In this document: positions 41,294 to 49,784 of the stretch, one piece after another
Layout: the number at the start of each line of letters is the position of its first letter
Position numbering within the stretch: the stretch's first letter is position 1
Assembly: GCA_963666285.1 (NCBI GenBank)
Contig: OY762711.1
Origin: Sedimentisphaerales bacterium
GTDB taxonomy: Bacteria; Planctomycetota; Phycisphaerae; Sedimentisphaerales; SM23-30
Length of the DNA: 64,000 nt
Reading direction: 5' to 3' (one strand)
The notes under the pieces: generated by a model
The model's input: the letters and a program-made list of their open reading frames with translations, nothing else
Database searches by the model: none
Told to the model about the DNA's origin: nothing
Made by a program: the position numbers and the translations under genes

Positions 41294-43005
41294 TGAAGTA
41301 TTTTATGGATGAGCATCTAAAGACAATTATATCAGAATACGCTTTGAAGCGTGTTGATAAAACTATAACTCAGGAAGAATTTGAAAAGTTTAATGCAATT
41401 TTGAAGTCTGACAGTGAATCTGCCAGGTTTTATAACGAACTTATGATGACATTTTTGAATTTCGAAGAGTTTGGCGAAAAGATTGCTGCTTCTGAAAATG
41501 CCTCGCAATATCCTCTCGATGAAGAAACACTTCAAATACTTGCTCAAACAGAGAAAGTAGCACCAGAAGTGGTGGTTGAAGATACTGGTACAGTGATTGT
41601 CGAATCAGCAAAAAATGAACCGATCAGTAAAAAACCGAACAAGTTTTTTCGGATATACAATATTTTAGTATCAGCTGCAGCAGTTCTGTTTTTTATGTTT
41701 ATTCTATATGCTCATGTATTTCCACCGCATTATTCAGTTCAGGTAGCGTCTGTAGTAGATCAGGTCGAAGTGCAGTGGAATAGTGCTTCAGAAAAGCTTG
41801 GTATTGATGACAGGGTATTGACCAATCAGCCGCCTTATATTCTTGATAAAGGGATTGTCAAGCTTTTGTATGATGAAGGTGTTGATGTTTTAATAGAAGG
41901 TCCGGCAGAATTCCAGGTTCTGGCAAAAGACAGGGTTGGACTGAAATATGGAAAAGTCTATTCTATTGTTTCAAATGGCGGATTAGGTTTTTCTGTTTAT
42001 ACTGATAATGCAAAAGTTATTGACCTTGGCACTGAGTTTGGTGTCCTGGTAGATTCTAACGGTGATACAGATATTCATGTGGTAAAAGGTAAGACTATGC
42101 TGATTGCCGGCGGAGAGTCTGATACTGTCAGTATGGAAATTCAAAAAGGCAGGGCCAGAAAAGTTTCTGCAAATAGTCGCAGTATAGTTGATATTGACTG
42201 TAAAGATAAACTTTTTGTAAGGAAGATAAACTCTGAAAATAACTTCGTCTGGCGGGGACACGACAGCATTTCTCTAGCTGATATTGTTGGTGGTGGAAGT
42301 GGTTTTGGCAGTGGCCGACTGGATTCCGGTATCAATATTAAATCTGGAAAAGTTGTTAACGATTTGCCTGGCAGTGGGTTGGATTATGGGATTGAAGGTT
42401 TTTTACCTGTTGTTAAGCTAAAATATGTTGATGGAGTTTTTTCTCCGGGGATTACCAAAGGTGATTTTATTACCGCTGACCAGACTTATAGCTATAAATT
42501 TCCTGAAACGGCTGGTTTTTACTGGGGTTATATCTTTAACGGCGCTTATCATGTAGGCTATGAAGTTCCGAAGCATTATCTAGAGTTAAACGGTATAACA
42601 TTTGGCTCAAAAGAGAACCCGGCGATTTCCATGCACCCTAATCTTGGTATTACCTTTGATCTGGAAGCCATTCGTACGGATTATCCTGATCTTAGACTGG
42701 TTAATTTCAAGTCATTAATAGGGATATCTCAAACGGTAAGACAATATGCTGAAAATAATAATAATATAGATGAAATTTATCAAGGTGGAAAAATAAATTC
42801 TGCTGTGGAGTTCTGGGTGATTATTGACGGAAATGAAGCAGTTCGTCAGAAACTTACAGATGTAGAAGATGCAGTTCAGATTGTTGTGCCAATTGAGCAA
42901 GATTCAAAGTATCTGACTCTTGCGACAACAGAAGTTAATAATACAATTTCCTATAGTTGGGCATTATTTGGTAATCCTGAATTGACAATAGAATTTTCTA
43001 AATAA
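41293..43005 (+). CDS. FecR-domain anti-sigma factor with C-terminal carbohydrate-binding-like domain, paralog 2
   Basis: TAATG overlap with the sigma gene; same architecture as 34926-36605 (IEGPAEFQ, DLGTEFGV, MHPNLGITFDLEAIR, KYLTLATT). Confidence 0.85.
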   Translation: MKYFMDEHLKTIISEYALKRVDKTITQEEFEKFNAILKSDSESARFYNELMMTFLNFEEFGEKIAASENASQYPLDEETLQILAQTEKVAPEVVVEDTGTVIVESAKNEPISKKPNKFFRIYNILVSAAAVLFFMFILYAHVFPPHYSVQVASVVDQVEVQWNSASEKLGIDDRVLTNQPPYILDKGIVKLLYDEGVDVLIEGPAEFQVLAKDRVGLKYGKVYSIVSNGGLGFSVYTDNAKVIDLGTEFGVLVDSNGDTDIHVVKGKTMLIAGGESDTVSMEIQKGRARKVSANSRSIVDIDCKDKLFVRKINSENNFVWRGHDSISLADIVGGGSGFGSGRLDSGINIKSGKVVNDLPGSGLDYGIEGFLPVVKLKYVDGVFSPGITKGDFITADQTYSYKFPETAGFYWGYIFNGAYHVGYEVPKHYLELNGITFGSKENPAISMHPNLGITFDLEAIRTDYPDLRLVNFKSLIGISQTVRQYAENNNNIDEIYQGGKINSAVEFWVIIDGNEAVRQKLTDVEDAVQIVVPIEQDSKYLTLATTEVNNTISYSWALFGNPELTIEFSK

Positions 43006-43156
43006 AATAAATAATTTTGACTACTTAATAATTTTACAAGCAGAGGAGGCATAAGAAGATAACGTTCACTATTCGATTTGACAGTTAATGTCCTTTTTTA
43101 TTTAAGGACTAATTTATGACAAAGATGTACATTTATATTGAGAAAGGTAAGAAAAG

Positions 43157-45307
43157 ATGAAAATAAAGATTGTTATTTTACTGGCTATGTTGGGGATTTC
43201 CCTATCAGGTGTAAACGGTGCAGATAATGTGTTATATGAAGCAACTGACAGTCCCGGCAGTTCTCCTGACAGTATTACCATTGATGTTTGGACTGTTACT
43301 GGAGATGGTGGAAATGGCCGAAGCTATCTCCAGGGAATGCAGGATGGAAATGCTAATATGTGGACTATCTGGGACAGTAATGGTGATAATGGTACATATG
43401 CTGACCATTCTTTCGCCGGCGGTGCTCTCCTGATAGGGCAGACAGTTACTATGCAGTATGCCCACAACACTAATATTAATAATGGCAGAACCATAGGTAT
43501 TCGTTTTAAGGAAGGTTCAAGCTGTGAAGTAGAATTTGTATTTATTGGTGGAAATGACTACTATTCTAAATATGATACTGGGTCTGGTGTTTATGAATTG
43601 ACTGATAAAAGATATGATAATTATGATCTTTTTCAGGTTAAGTTCTCTTTAACCGGCTCAAATTCTTATGTTATCAGTGTGACAGAAGGATCAATTACTG
43701 ATAATGGATGGAAAGGTTCTGATGATGCAAACGCCGATCTTGGTGACGTTGTGGCAACCTGGGAAGGTACATTTACCGGTGCCGGTATTGATGGCATACA
43801 GGTATATACCGAAGGTGGTGATGGCAGTGATCAGTGGTTTGATAATCTGGAAATAAATGATGAATGGTTGTCTACGACACATAACTATTTACCTGAAAAT
43901 AAAGATGTTGATATTGTTGTAAGTGGTTTTGAATTCTCCTGGGATATTCCACAGGCCAGAACTTCTACCCAGGGTGTAAATACCCCAGCAGCCGGGCTTG
44001 ACTATTTTAACTTATATTATAACGTTGATGACCCTAATCTTGCGGCAGTTGATCCAATAGTTGTGTCTGAATGGGATTCCAACCTGAATGCAAGTTACGC
44101 TCCGACAACAGATTTGTCAAAAAATAGCACATGTTACTGGCGTGTAGATTCAGTTTATACTAATGGTACAGTCGTGCCTGGTGACAGTTTGAGTTTCAAT
44201 ACTGAATTAACAAAGGCTATTGTCACTTCTCAAGACAAATATGTAGCGGTTGATCCTGGAGCGACAGCATTTGTTACCGTAGATGTATATACTGAAACAG
44301 AAGCATCTTATCAGTGGTATAAGTATATTGATGGTGAAAATGATGGAATGCTGACCAATAGTGGTGATATTTCCGGTGCAACAACGGATGAACTAGCTAT
44401 TGCTAACGCAGAAGTTGCTGATGAAGGTCAATATTATTGTACAATCATTAATAGTTCAGAAATAGCAGTTTCATCTGACCCTGCAATTCTGGCAGTAAAA
44501 CGCAAACTTGCATACTGGACGTTCGAAGATGATAGTTTAGACAGTGTTGTACCGGGCAGTCCCGCTTCTGTTATTGTGGGCGATCCAAACTTTATGCCTG
44601 ATGGTATAGTTGGTAATTGTGTAGAGTTTGATAGCGGAGTAGACTTCTTCTATACAGATCCGGCGCAGGTTGCATATTTTGATAATTGTGATTACAACAT
44701 GACAGTTTCCTGCTGGGTTAAAACTGATGATACACAGGACTGGTGTCCATTTGTTGCTAAGAATGGTGAAGGTGAAGGCTGGCAATTGCGTCATTTCGGT
44801 GATACTGATGACAGACCTTGCTTTACAACTCGCGGCACAGGCTATGATGACGGAACACCGGCAAATAGAAGCGTTTATGACAATGAATGGCATTATGTAG
44901 TTGGTACTTATGACGGTTCGGTTAAGAAGGTTTATATTGATGGTGTTGTAAGTGTTGTTTATTCTTCAGATGACGGTTCATTTGTTAAAGATGGCGACGA
45001 GGTTACAGCACCTATTAATGCCAGCGTATCTCCTGTGGCAGTAGGTGGTCGCGTACGTGTTACTGATGAGGAAACTATCATTGAGGACTATAATAATACA
45101 TATGGTCTGTTTGATGAGGTAGAAATCTATAATTATGCATTAGATGCAGAGACAATTGCTCAAATTTATGCAAATATATCCGGCCAGGATGTATGCCTGG
45201 GACAGGTTTATGACCTGGACGGCAATTGTGTGGTTGATATTGCTGATTTTGCAGAATTAGCTTCAAAGTGGCTGGATAACGCTGTTGTTAGCCCGGAGCT
45301 AAACTAG
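43157..45307 (+). CDS. Secreted Ig + LamG-like jellyroll protein with dockerin-like C-terminus (paralog 2)
   Basis: Signal peptide; CYWRVDS, YQWYK...GQYYCTI, WHYVVGTYD...VYIDG, YNYALDA; C-terminal YDLDGNCVVDIADFAELASKWL. Confidence 0.82.
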   Translation: MKIKIVILLAMLGISLSGVNGADNVLYEATDSPGSSPDSITIDVWTVTGDGGNGRSYLQGMQDGNANMWTIWDSNGDNGTYADHSFAGGALLIGQTVTMQYAHNTNINNGRTIGIRFKEGSSCEVEFVFIGGNDYYSKYDTGSGVYELTDKRYDNYDLFQVKFSLTGSNSYVISVTEGSITDNGWKGSDDANADLGDVVATWEGTFTGAGIDGIQVYTEGGDGSDQWFDNLEINDEWLSTTHNYLPENKDVDIVVSGFEFSWDIPQARTSTQGVNTPAAGLDYFNLYYNVDDPNLAAVDPIVVSEWDSNLNASYAPTTDLSKNSTCYWRVDSVYTNGTVVPGDSLSFNTELTKAIVTSQDKYVAVDPGATAFVTVDVYTETEASYQWYKYIDGENDGMLTNSGDISGATTDELAIANAEVADEGQYYCTIINSSEIAVSSDPAILAVKRKLAYWTFEDDSLDSVVPGSPASVIVGDPNFMPDGIVGNCVEFDSGVDFFYTDPAQVAYFDNCDYNMTVSCWVKTDDTQDWCPFVAKNGEGEGWQLRHFGDTDDRPCFTTRGTGYDDGTPANRSVYDNEWHYVVGTYDGSVKKVYIDGVVSVVYSSDDGSFVKDGDEVTAPINASVSPVAVGGRVRVTDEETIIEDYNNTYGLFDEVEIYNYALDAETIAQIYANISGQDVCLGQVYDLDGNCVVDIADFAELASKWLDNAVVSPELN

Positions 45308-45331
45308 TTATTTGTAAATAGTTACAACATT

Positions 45332-45369
45332 GGTTCCCTTTCGCTGATGCGGAAGGGAATCTTTTTTTT
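45332..45369 (+). terminator. Rho-independent terminator
   Basis: GGTTCCCTTTCGC-tgat-GCGGAAGGGAATC followed by 8 T. Confidence 0.8.
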
Positions 45370-45446
45370 GTTTAATTTTAACCTAAATATGTATTACTGA
45401 GGTTGTCTTAGTTAGTGATTTTAAGTTTTTGAGGTGGAATTTAGTT

Positions 45447-48251
45447 ATGTTAAGAAGTTTGCTTTGTATTTTACTAGTCGGATTATTTATTACATGCTCT
45501 TTTGGAAATGTAATATTAAAAGAGGATTTTTCCAGTGCGGTTTCCGATAACCCTTCAAAGGCGAAGGTTGGGTCAGGCAGCCTGGATTTCAGGTTTCATC
45601 AGGAATCCGGTAACCATCTGTGGATCAAGGATAATGATGCCGGTGTCAGGTTTAACCTGGCGACATCAATTGATGATGAGAATACCACTCCCGTGCTATA
45701 TATAAGCTTTTGTCTACGAAGCTTGAATAAAAGCTGTAAAGACAAGTTTGCCGGTGTCGTATTGTACGATGGTGATAAAGAAATGTTTGGCATGGGAAAC
45801 GACTATGGCTCGGAAAATTTTGCCTTTTGGGGGCCAGACGGCAGTACATTTCAGATAGGTGATACCAAAACCTATGTGGATGATGAAGTACATATGATAA
45901 TCTGTAAGATTGTGTTTCATAATGATGGTCCTGAAGATATTGAAGTTGGTATAGATCCTTTTGGCAACCGTAGTAAAGATCGTCAGCCAAAGACAATCTG
46001 GACCAGCTATCAAACAGAGCTGTCTTTTGATCAGATCAGGATACGCAGCGGTCATAATGACTGTACCTGGGAGTTTGATGAGCTTCGGCTGGGAACAGAC
46101 TGGTCGGATGTTATGCCGGCAGATGATAAGCTGGGGCCTGATTATCAGTGTTACATTGATAGTTCTATGCCGGGCGGCAAAAGTGAGATTATTCTCGATA
46201 ACGTAGCTCGATTTCTGCCTAAAAATGTGTCTATGGATGATGTTCAGCCTTCGTTGGCATTGAAAGCACCGAGGCAGAAGATAGGCAATGTTCCCGGCAG
46301 TTGGAAGATGAAACCTGTTTTTGGTACTCACGAAAACCGTAAGTATGTATTTTTTGATATACCATCAGAAATAGACCTTTATGGTACCGGAGAAGTAGTT
46401 GGCGGGCTGTTGCGTAACGGCCATAAAATCCGGCTGTTTAATATGGATAACTATGCATATCACGATGAGAGAGGGCTATACCAGTCTCATCCATGGGTGA
46501 TAGGTGTTCGTCTGGACGGAACAGCATTTGGCGTAATTTTTGATAGTACCTGGATATCTGAGCTTAACCTTCGGGCCGGTATTTTGTTTTCTGTGCCTGA
46601 CCGTGCACCATGGTTTCCTACAATTGTAATAGAGGGCAGTAGTCCGCAGGAGGTAATGGTTCGGCTGGGCGACTTGACAGGTACGATGCCTATGCCGCCA
46701 AGGTGGGCGTTAGGCTATCAGCAATGCCGATATTCCTACTTTCCTGATGCCAGGGCCAGGGAAATTGCAGATACTTTCAGGGCAAAGCAGATACCGTGTG
46801 ATGTAATCTGGTTTGATATTGATTATATGGATGGTTTCAGGATATTTACATTCTCGGAAGAGCATTATCCAGACCCGAAAGCAACTAATAACTATCTGCA
46901 TTCGCAGGGATTTAAGGGTATCTGGATGATTGATCCCGGAGTAAAGAATGAGCCTGGCTACTCGGTATATGACAGTGGTACGGCTGTAGATGCGTGGGTA
47001 AAACAAGCGTCAGGTAAGCCTTTTGTTGGTAAGGTGTGGCCTGGAGATTGTGTATTCCCAGATTTCACCAGTCCAGACGTTCGCAAATGGTGGAGTGGTT
47101 TGTATAAAGACTTTATGGCTAATGGTATAGATGGTGTCTGGAATGACATGAACGAACCGGCAGTTTTCGGCGGCGATGAGATGACAATGCCGATGGATAA
47201 TAAGTTCCGTGGCGGCGGTGGTTTGCAGCCTGGCACTCACGAGCAGTATCATAATGTATTTGGTATGTTGATGACGAAAGCTTCTCGGGCAGGTATCCAG
47301 GCGGCGAATCCAGATAAACGGCCATTTGTCTTGACGAGGGCGAATTATCTTGGCGGTCATCGGTATGCCGCGACCTGGACAGGAGATAATAATGCTACCT
47401 GGCAGCATTTGAAGTGGGCCGTTCCGATGTCATTGAACCTCGGCCTTTCAGGTCAGCCGTTTAACGGGCCTGATATTGGTGGCTTTTTGAGTAATGCCAC
47501 CCCAGATTTATGGGGCCATTGGATAGCGGTAGGTGCATTTTATCCTTTCAGCCGCTCGCATACTTGCGCAGGAACAGCGAACCAGGAGCCATGGGAGTTT
47601 GGTCCGGAAGTTGAATCAGCCGCACGTACGGCCTTACAGAGGCGTTATCGTTTGATGCCTTACCTGTATACAACATTCCAGGAATCACATAAGCAGGGGC
47701 TGCCGGTAATGCGTCCGATGTTTTTCGCTGACCCTGACGATTTGTCTTTACGTATGGAGGACAGGGTGTTTCTGGTTGGTTCTGACCTGATGGTAATACC
47801 TCGCTGGGCAGATAATGCAGCATGTCCGGCCGGTATCTGGCAGGCTGTAACAATTGCCGGTGAAGATCTCGGTAAGGATAAGTATCAGTGTGAGGTAAAG
47901 GTTCGCGGAGGTGCAATTGTGCCTTTAGGCCCGATAGTTCAGTCGACAGCAGAGATACCTGAAACCCAGGCTTTGACTTTGATGGTTGTACTGGATGAAA
48001 ATGGTAAGGCCTCAGGTAGATTGTATGAAGATGCCGGTGATGGGTACGATTACAGGCAGGGCGAATATTGCATTTTTGATTTTGATGCTGTTAAAAAAGG
48101 CAATAAAGTCGTTGTAAAATGTACTAAACAAACAGGAAGCCTGACCTTAGACAGCAGAATGGTAACTGTAACTGTGGTTGATGATAAAGGTACTTACCAT
48201 GGAAAAGGTGATATTATCAATGGTAAGGGAATAGCGATAATGATAGATTAG
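45447..48251 (+). CDS. Secreted GH31 alpha-glucosidase with extra N-terminal beta-sandwich domain
   Basis: GAGG RBS before ATG 45447; LYQSHPW, PPRWALGYQQCRYSY, WFDIDYMDG, GVWNDMNEP (nucleophile), TWTGDN (acid/base), GPDIGGF, LYEDAGDG. Confidence 0.92.
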   Translation: MLRSLLCILLVGLFITCSFGNVILKEDFSSAVSDNPSKAKVGSGSLDFRFHQESGNHLWIKDNDAGVRFNLATSIDDENTTPVLYISFCLRSLNKSCKDKFAGVVLYDGDKEMFGMGNDYGSENFAFWGPDGSTFQIGDTKTYVDDEVHMIICKIVFHNDGPEDIEVGIDPFGNRSKDRQPKTIWTSYQTELSFDQIRIRSGHNDCTWEFDELRLGTDWSDVMPADDKLGPDYQCYIDSSMPGGKSEIILDNVARFLPKNVSMDDVQPSLALKAPRQKIGNVPGSWKMKPVFGTHENRKYVFFDIPSEIDLYGTGEVVGGLLRNGHKIRLFNMDNYAYHDERGLYQSHPWVIGVRLDGTAFGVIFDSTWISELNLRAGILFSVPDRAPWFPTIVIEGSSPQEVMVRLGDLTGTMPMPPRWALGYQQCRYSYFPDARAREIADTFRAKQIPCDVIWFDIDYMDGFRIFTFSEEHYPDPKATNNYLHSQGFKGIWMIDPGVKNEPGYSVYDSGTAVDAWVKQASGKPFVGKVWPGDCVFPDFTSPDVRKWWSGLYKDFMANGIDGVWNDMNEPAVFGGDEMTMPMDNKFRGGGGLQPGTHEQYHNVFGMLMTKASRAGIQAANPDKRPFVLTRANYLGGHRYAATWTGDNNATWQHLKWAVPMSLNLGLSGQPFNGPDIGGFLSNATPDLWGHWIAVGAFYPFSRSHTCAGTANQEPWEFGPEVESAARTALQRRYRLMPYLYTTFQESHKQGLPVMRPMFFADPDDLSLRMEDRVFLVGSDLMVIPRWADNAACPAGIWQAVTIAGEDLGKDKYQCEVKVRGGAIVPLGPIVQSTAEIPETQALTLMVVLDENGKASGRLYEDAGDGYDYRQGEYCIFDFDAVKKGNKVVVKCTKQTGSLTLDSRMVTVTVVDDKGTYHGKGDIINGKGIAIMID

Positions 48252-48294
48252 TGTCAGGTTTGAGCTGAAAACGAACTTGATAATTGTTGTATTG

Positions 48295-48340
48295 TACCGG
48301 CTGATAGTTATTTACGAAAAGTATATACTATCTGCCGGTA
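48295..48340 (+). terminator. Long imperfect hairpin downstream of the GH31 gene
   Basis: TACCGGC-T-GATAGT...ACTATC-T-GCCGGTA; no clear T-run. Confidence 0.4.
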
Positions 48341-48453
48341 GATACAGTTCAGGGCCAAAGCATGGGATATTTTAGGCAACAGATTTTTCAGCTTGATCTT
48401 TGCGGTTACTATTTTGTTGCTGAGCGGAACAGGTTTGGCAGTTAATCTATGTG

Positions 48454-48482
48454 TTGACAAGTGTAATTGATATAGCTATATT
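48454..48482 (+). promoter_or_regulatory. Putative sigma70 promoter of the DUF1294 gene
   Basis: TTGACA-N17-TATATT. Confidence 0.55.
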
Positions 48483-48515
48483 TTTTGTATCGAAATATTA
48501 GTTACAATATTAATT

Positions 48516-48764
48516 TTGCTGAATGTGCTTGTTTTTCTGCTTTATGGGGTGGATAAACATTGTGCCAGGCATAATAAGCGGCGGATACCGGAAAAGACCT
48601 TGCTGATATTGGTCTTTTGGGGTGGTTCTATAGGTGCTATTTTGGGTGCTAAGCTGTTTCGGCATAAAACACGTAAGTTTAGTTATATAGCAAAGTTTGT
48701 GGTTGTGTTGTTACTGCAATTATCGGTTTTGTATCTGATATGGCGGTTCCTGGGACGACAATGA
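48516..48764 (+). CDS. DUF1294 small membrane protein
   Basis: NVLVFLLYGVDK..A.....RIPEKTLL....GGSIGA.LG..LFRHKTRK; the true start may lie upstream (ATC 48489). Confidence 0.85.
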   Translation: MLNVLVFLLYGVDKHCARHNKRRIPEKTLLILVFWGGSIGAILGAKLFRHKTRKFSYIAKFVVVLLLQLSVLYLIWRFLGRQ

Positions 48765-49005
48765 CCAAGGCAGGCATAGCCTGCACCAGACCTCAGCAGG
48801 CTCGGAGATGAATAGAATTTGTAATGTCTAATGACCGTTCATTCTGAACGGACAGGCCCTTAGCAAGTCGTTTTAATATTCAGTTTTTATTGAGCGTTGT
48901 TTATATTAAAGACGAAACGAAGGTAACGTCTTAATAATATAGCGTAATAATTATTAAAATATGACAACTTAGCCCATTTATCGAAAGGGCAACAACTAAC
49001 CAAAG

Positions 49006-49734
49006 CTATGCTCTAGTAGGGGAGTTGATCAATGCTGCCATCTCTCTGGTAGCCTCTCGAATACCGGTAAAAATGCTGCGAGATATTATTCCATGGCCGA
49101 TATTAAAATCGCTGAAACCGGCCATTGCCGCTACTGGCTCGACGTTGCGGTATGTAAGTCCATGCCCGGCATGAACTACCATTCCTGTATCAAGTCCGGC
49201 CTTCAATCCGGCTTCCAGCTGCTTCAATCGCAGGCTTATCTGGCGACCGCTTTTGGCATTAGCATACGGTCCTGTATGGAGCTCAATTGCATCACACCCA
49301 GCATCAGCACACGCCTGGATTTGGTCAGAGTCAGCCATTATAAACGCAGATACTTCGATCCCTTTCTTGTGCATGCGTTTCACTACCGAACTCAGGGTTT
49401 TATACAGCTTTACGCAGTTAAGACCGCCTTCTGTTGTCAACTCTTCACGTTTCTCCGGCACCAGGGTAACGGCATGCGGCACCAGCTTAGCTGCATACCG
49501 AACCATAGACTCTGTCATCGCCATTTCAAGGTTGATCTTAAGATTAGATATCTCTTTTACGACCTCAACGTCTCGCTCCTGAATATGCCGGCGATCTTCA
49601 CGAAGGTGCATCGTTATACCTTTGGCACCACCCAGTTCGCATTCTACTGCTGCCCACGCCGGATCGGGTTCTACCGTCAATCTGGCTTGCCTTACTGTTG
49701 CTACGTGATCGATATTTACATTCAAATATGCCAT
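49006..49734 (-). CDS. pdxJ: Pyridoxine 5'-phosphate synthase
   Basis: LNVNIDHVATVRQAR..EPDP, ITMHLREDRRHIQ, NLEMA, LVPEKREELTTEGGL, IELHTG, HAGHGL, NIGH. Confidence 0.97.
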   Translation of the reverse strand: MAYLNVNIDHVATVRQARLTVEPDPAWAAVECELGGAKGITMHLREDRRHIQERDVEVVKEISNLKINLEMAMTESMVRYAAKLVPHAVTLVPEKREELTTEGGLNCVKLYKTLSSVVKRMHKKGIEVSAFIMADSDQIQACADAGCDAIELHTGPYANAKSGRQISLRLKQLEAGLKAGLDTGMVVHAGHGLTYRNVEPVAAMAGFSDFNIGHGIISRSIFTGIREATREMAALINSPTRA

Positions 49735-49784
49735 GGTTATTTCCTTATGTAATTTATTCTTTTATAGAGTGTTGTGCCGGTTTA

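Noticed and set aside
45599..47916. Several minus-strand ORFs up to 205 aa
   Set aside because: All lie within the GH31b coding region and show no RBS or domain signal.
49093..49752. 219-aa plus-strand ORF
   Set aside because: Lies antisense to the unambiguous pdxJ and has no recognisable motifs; shadow ORF.
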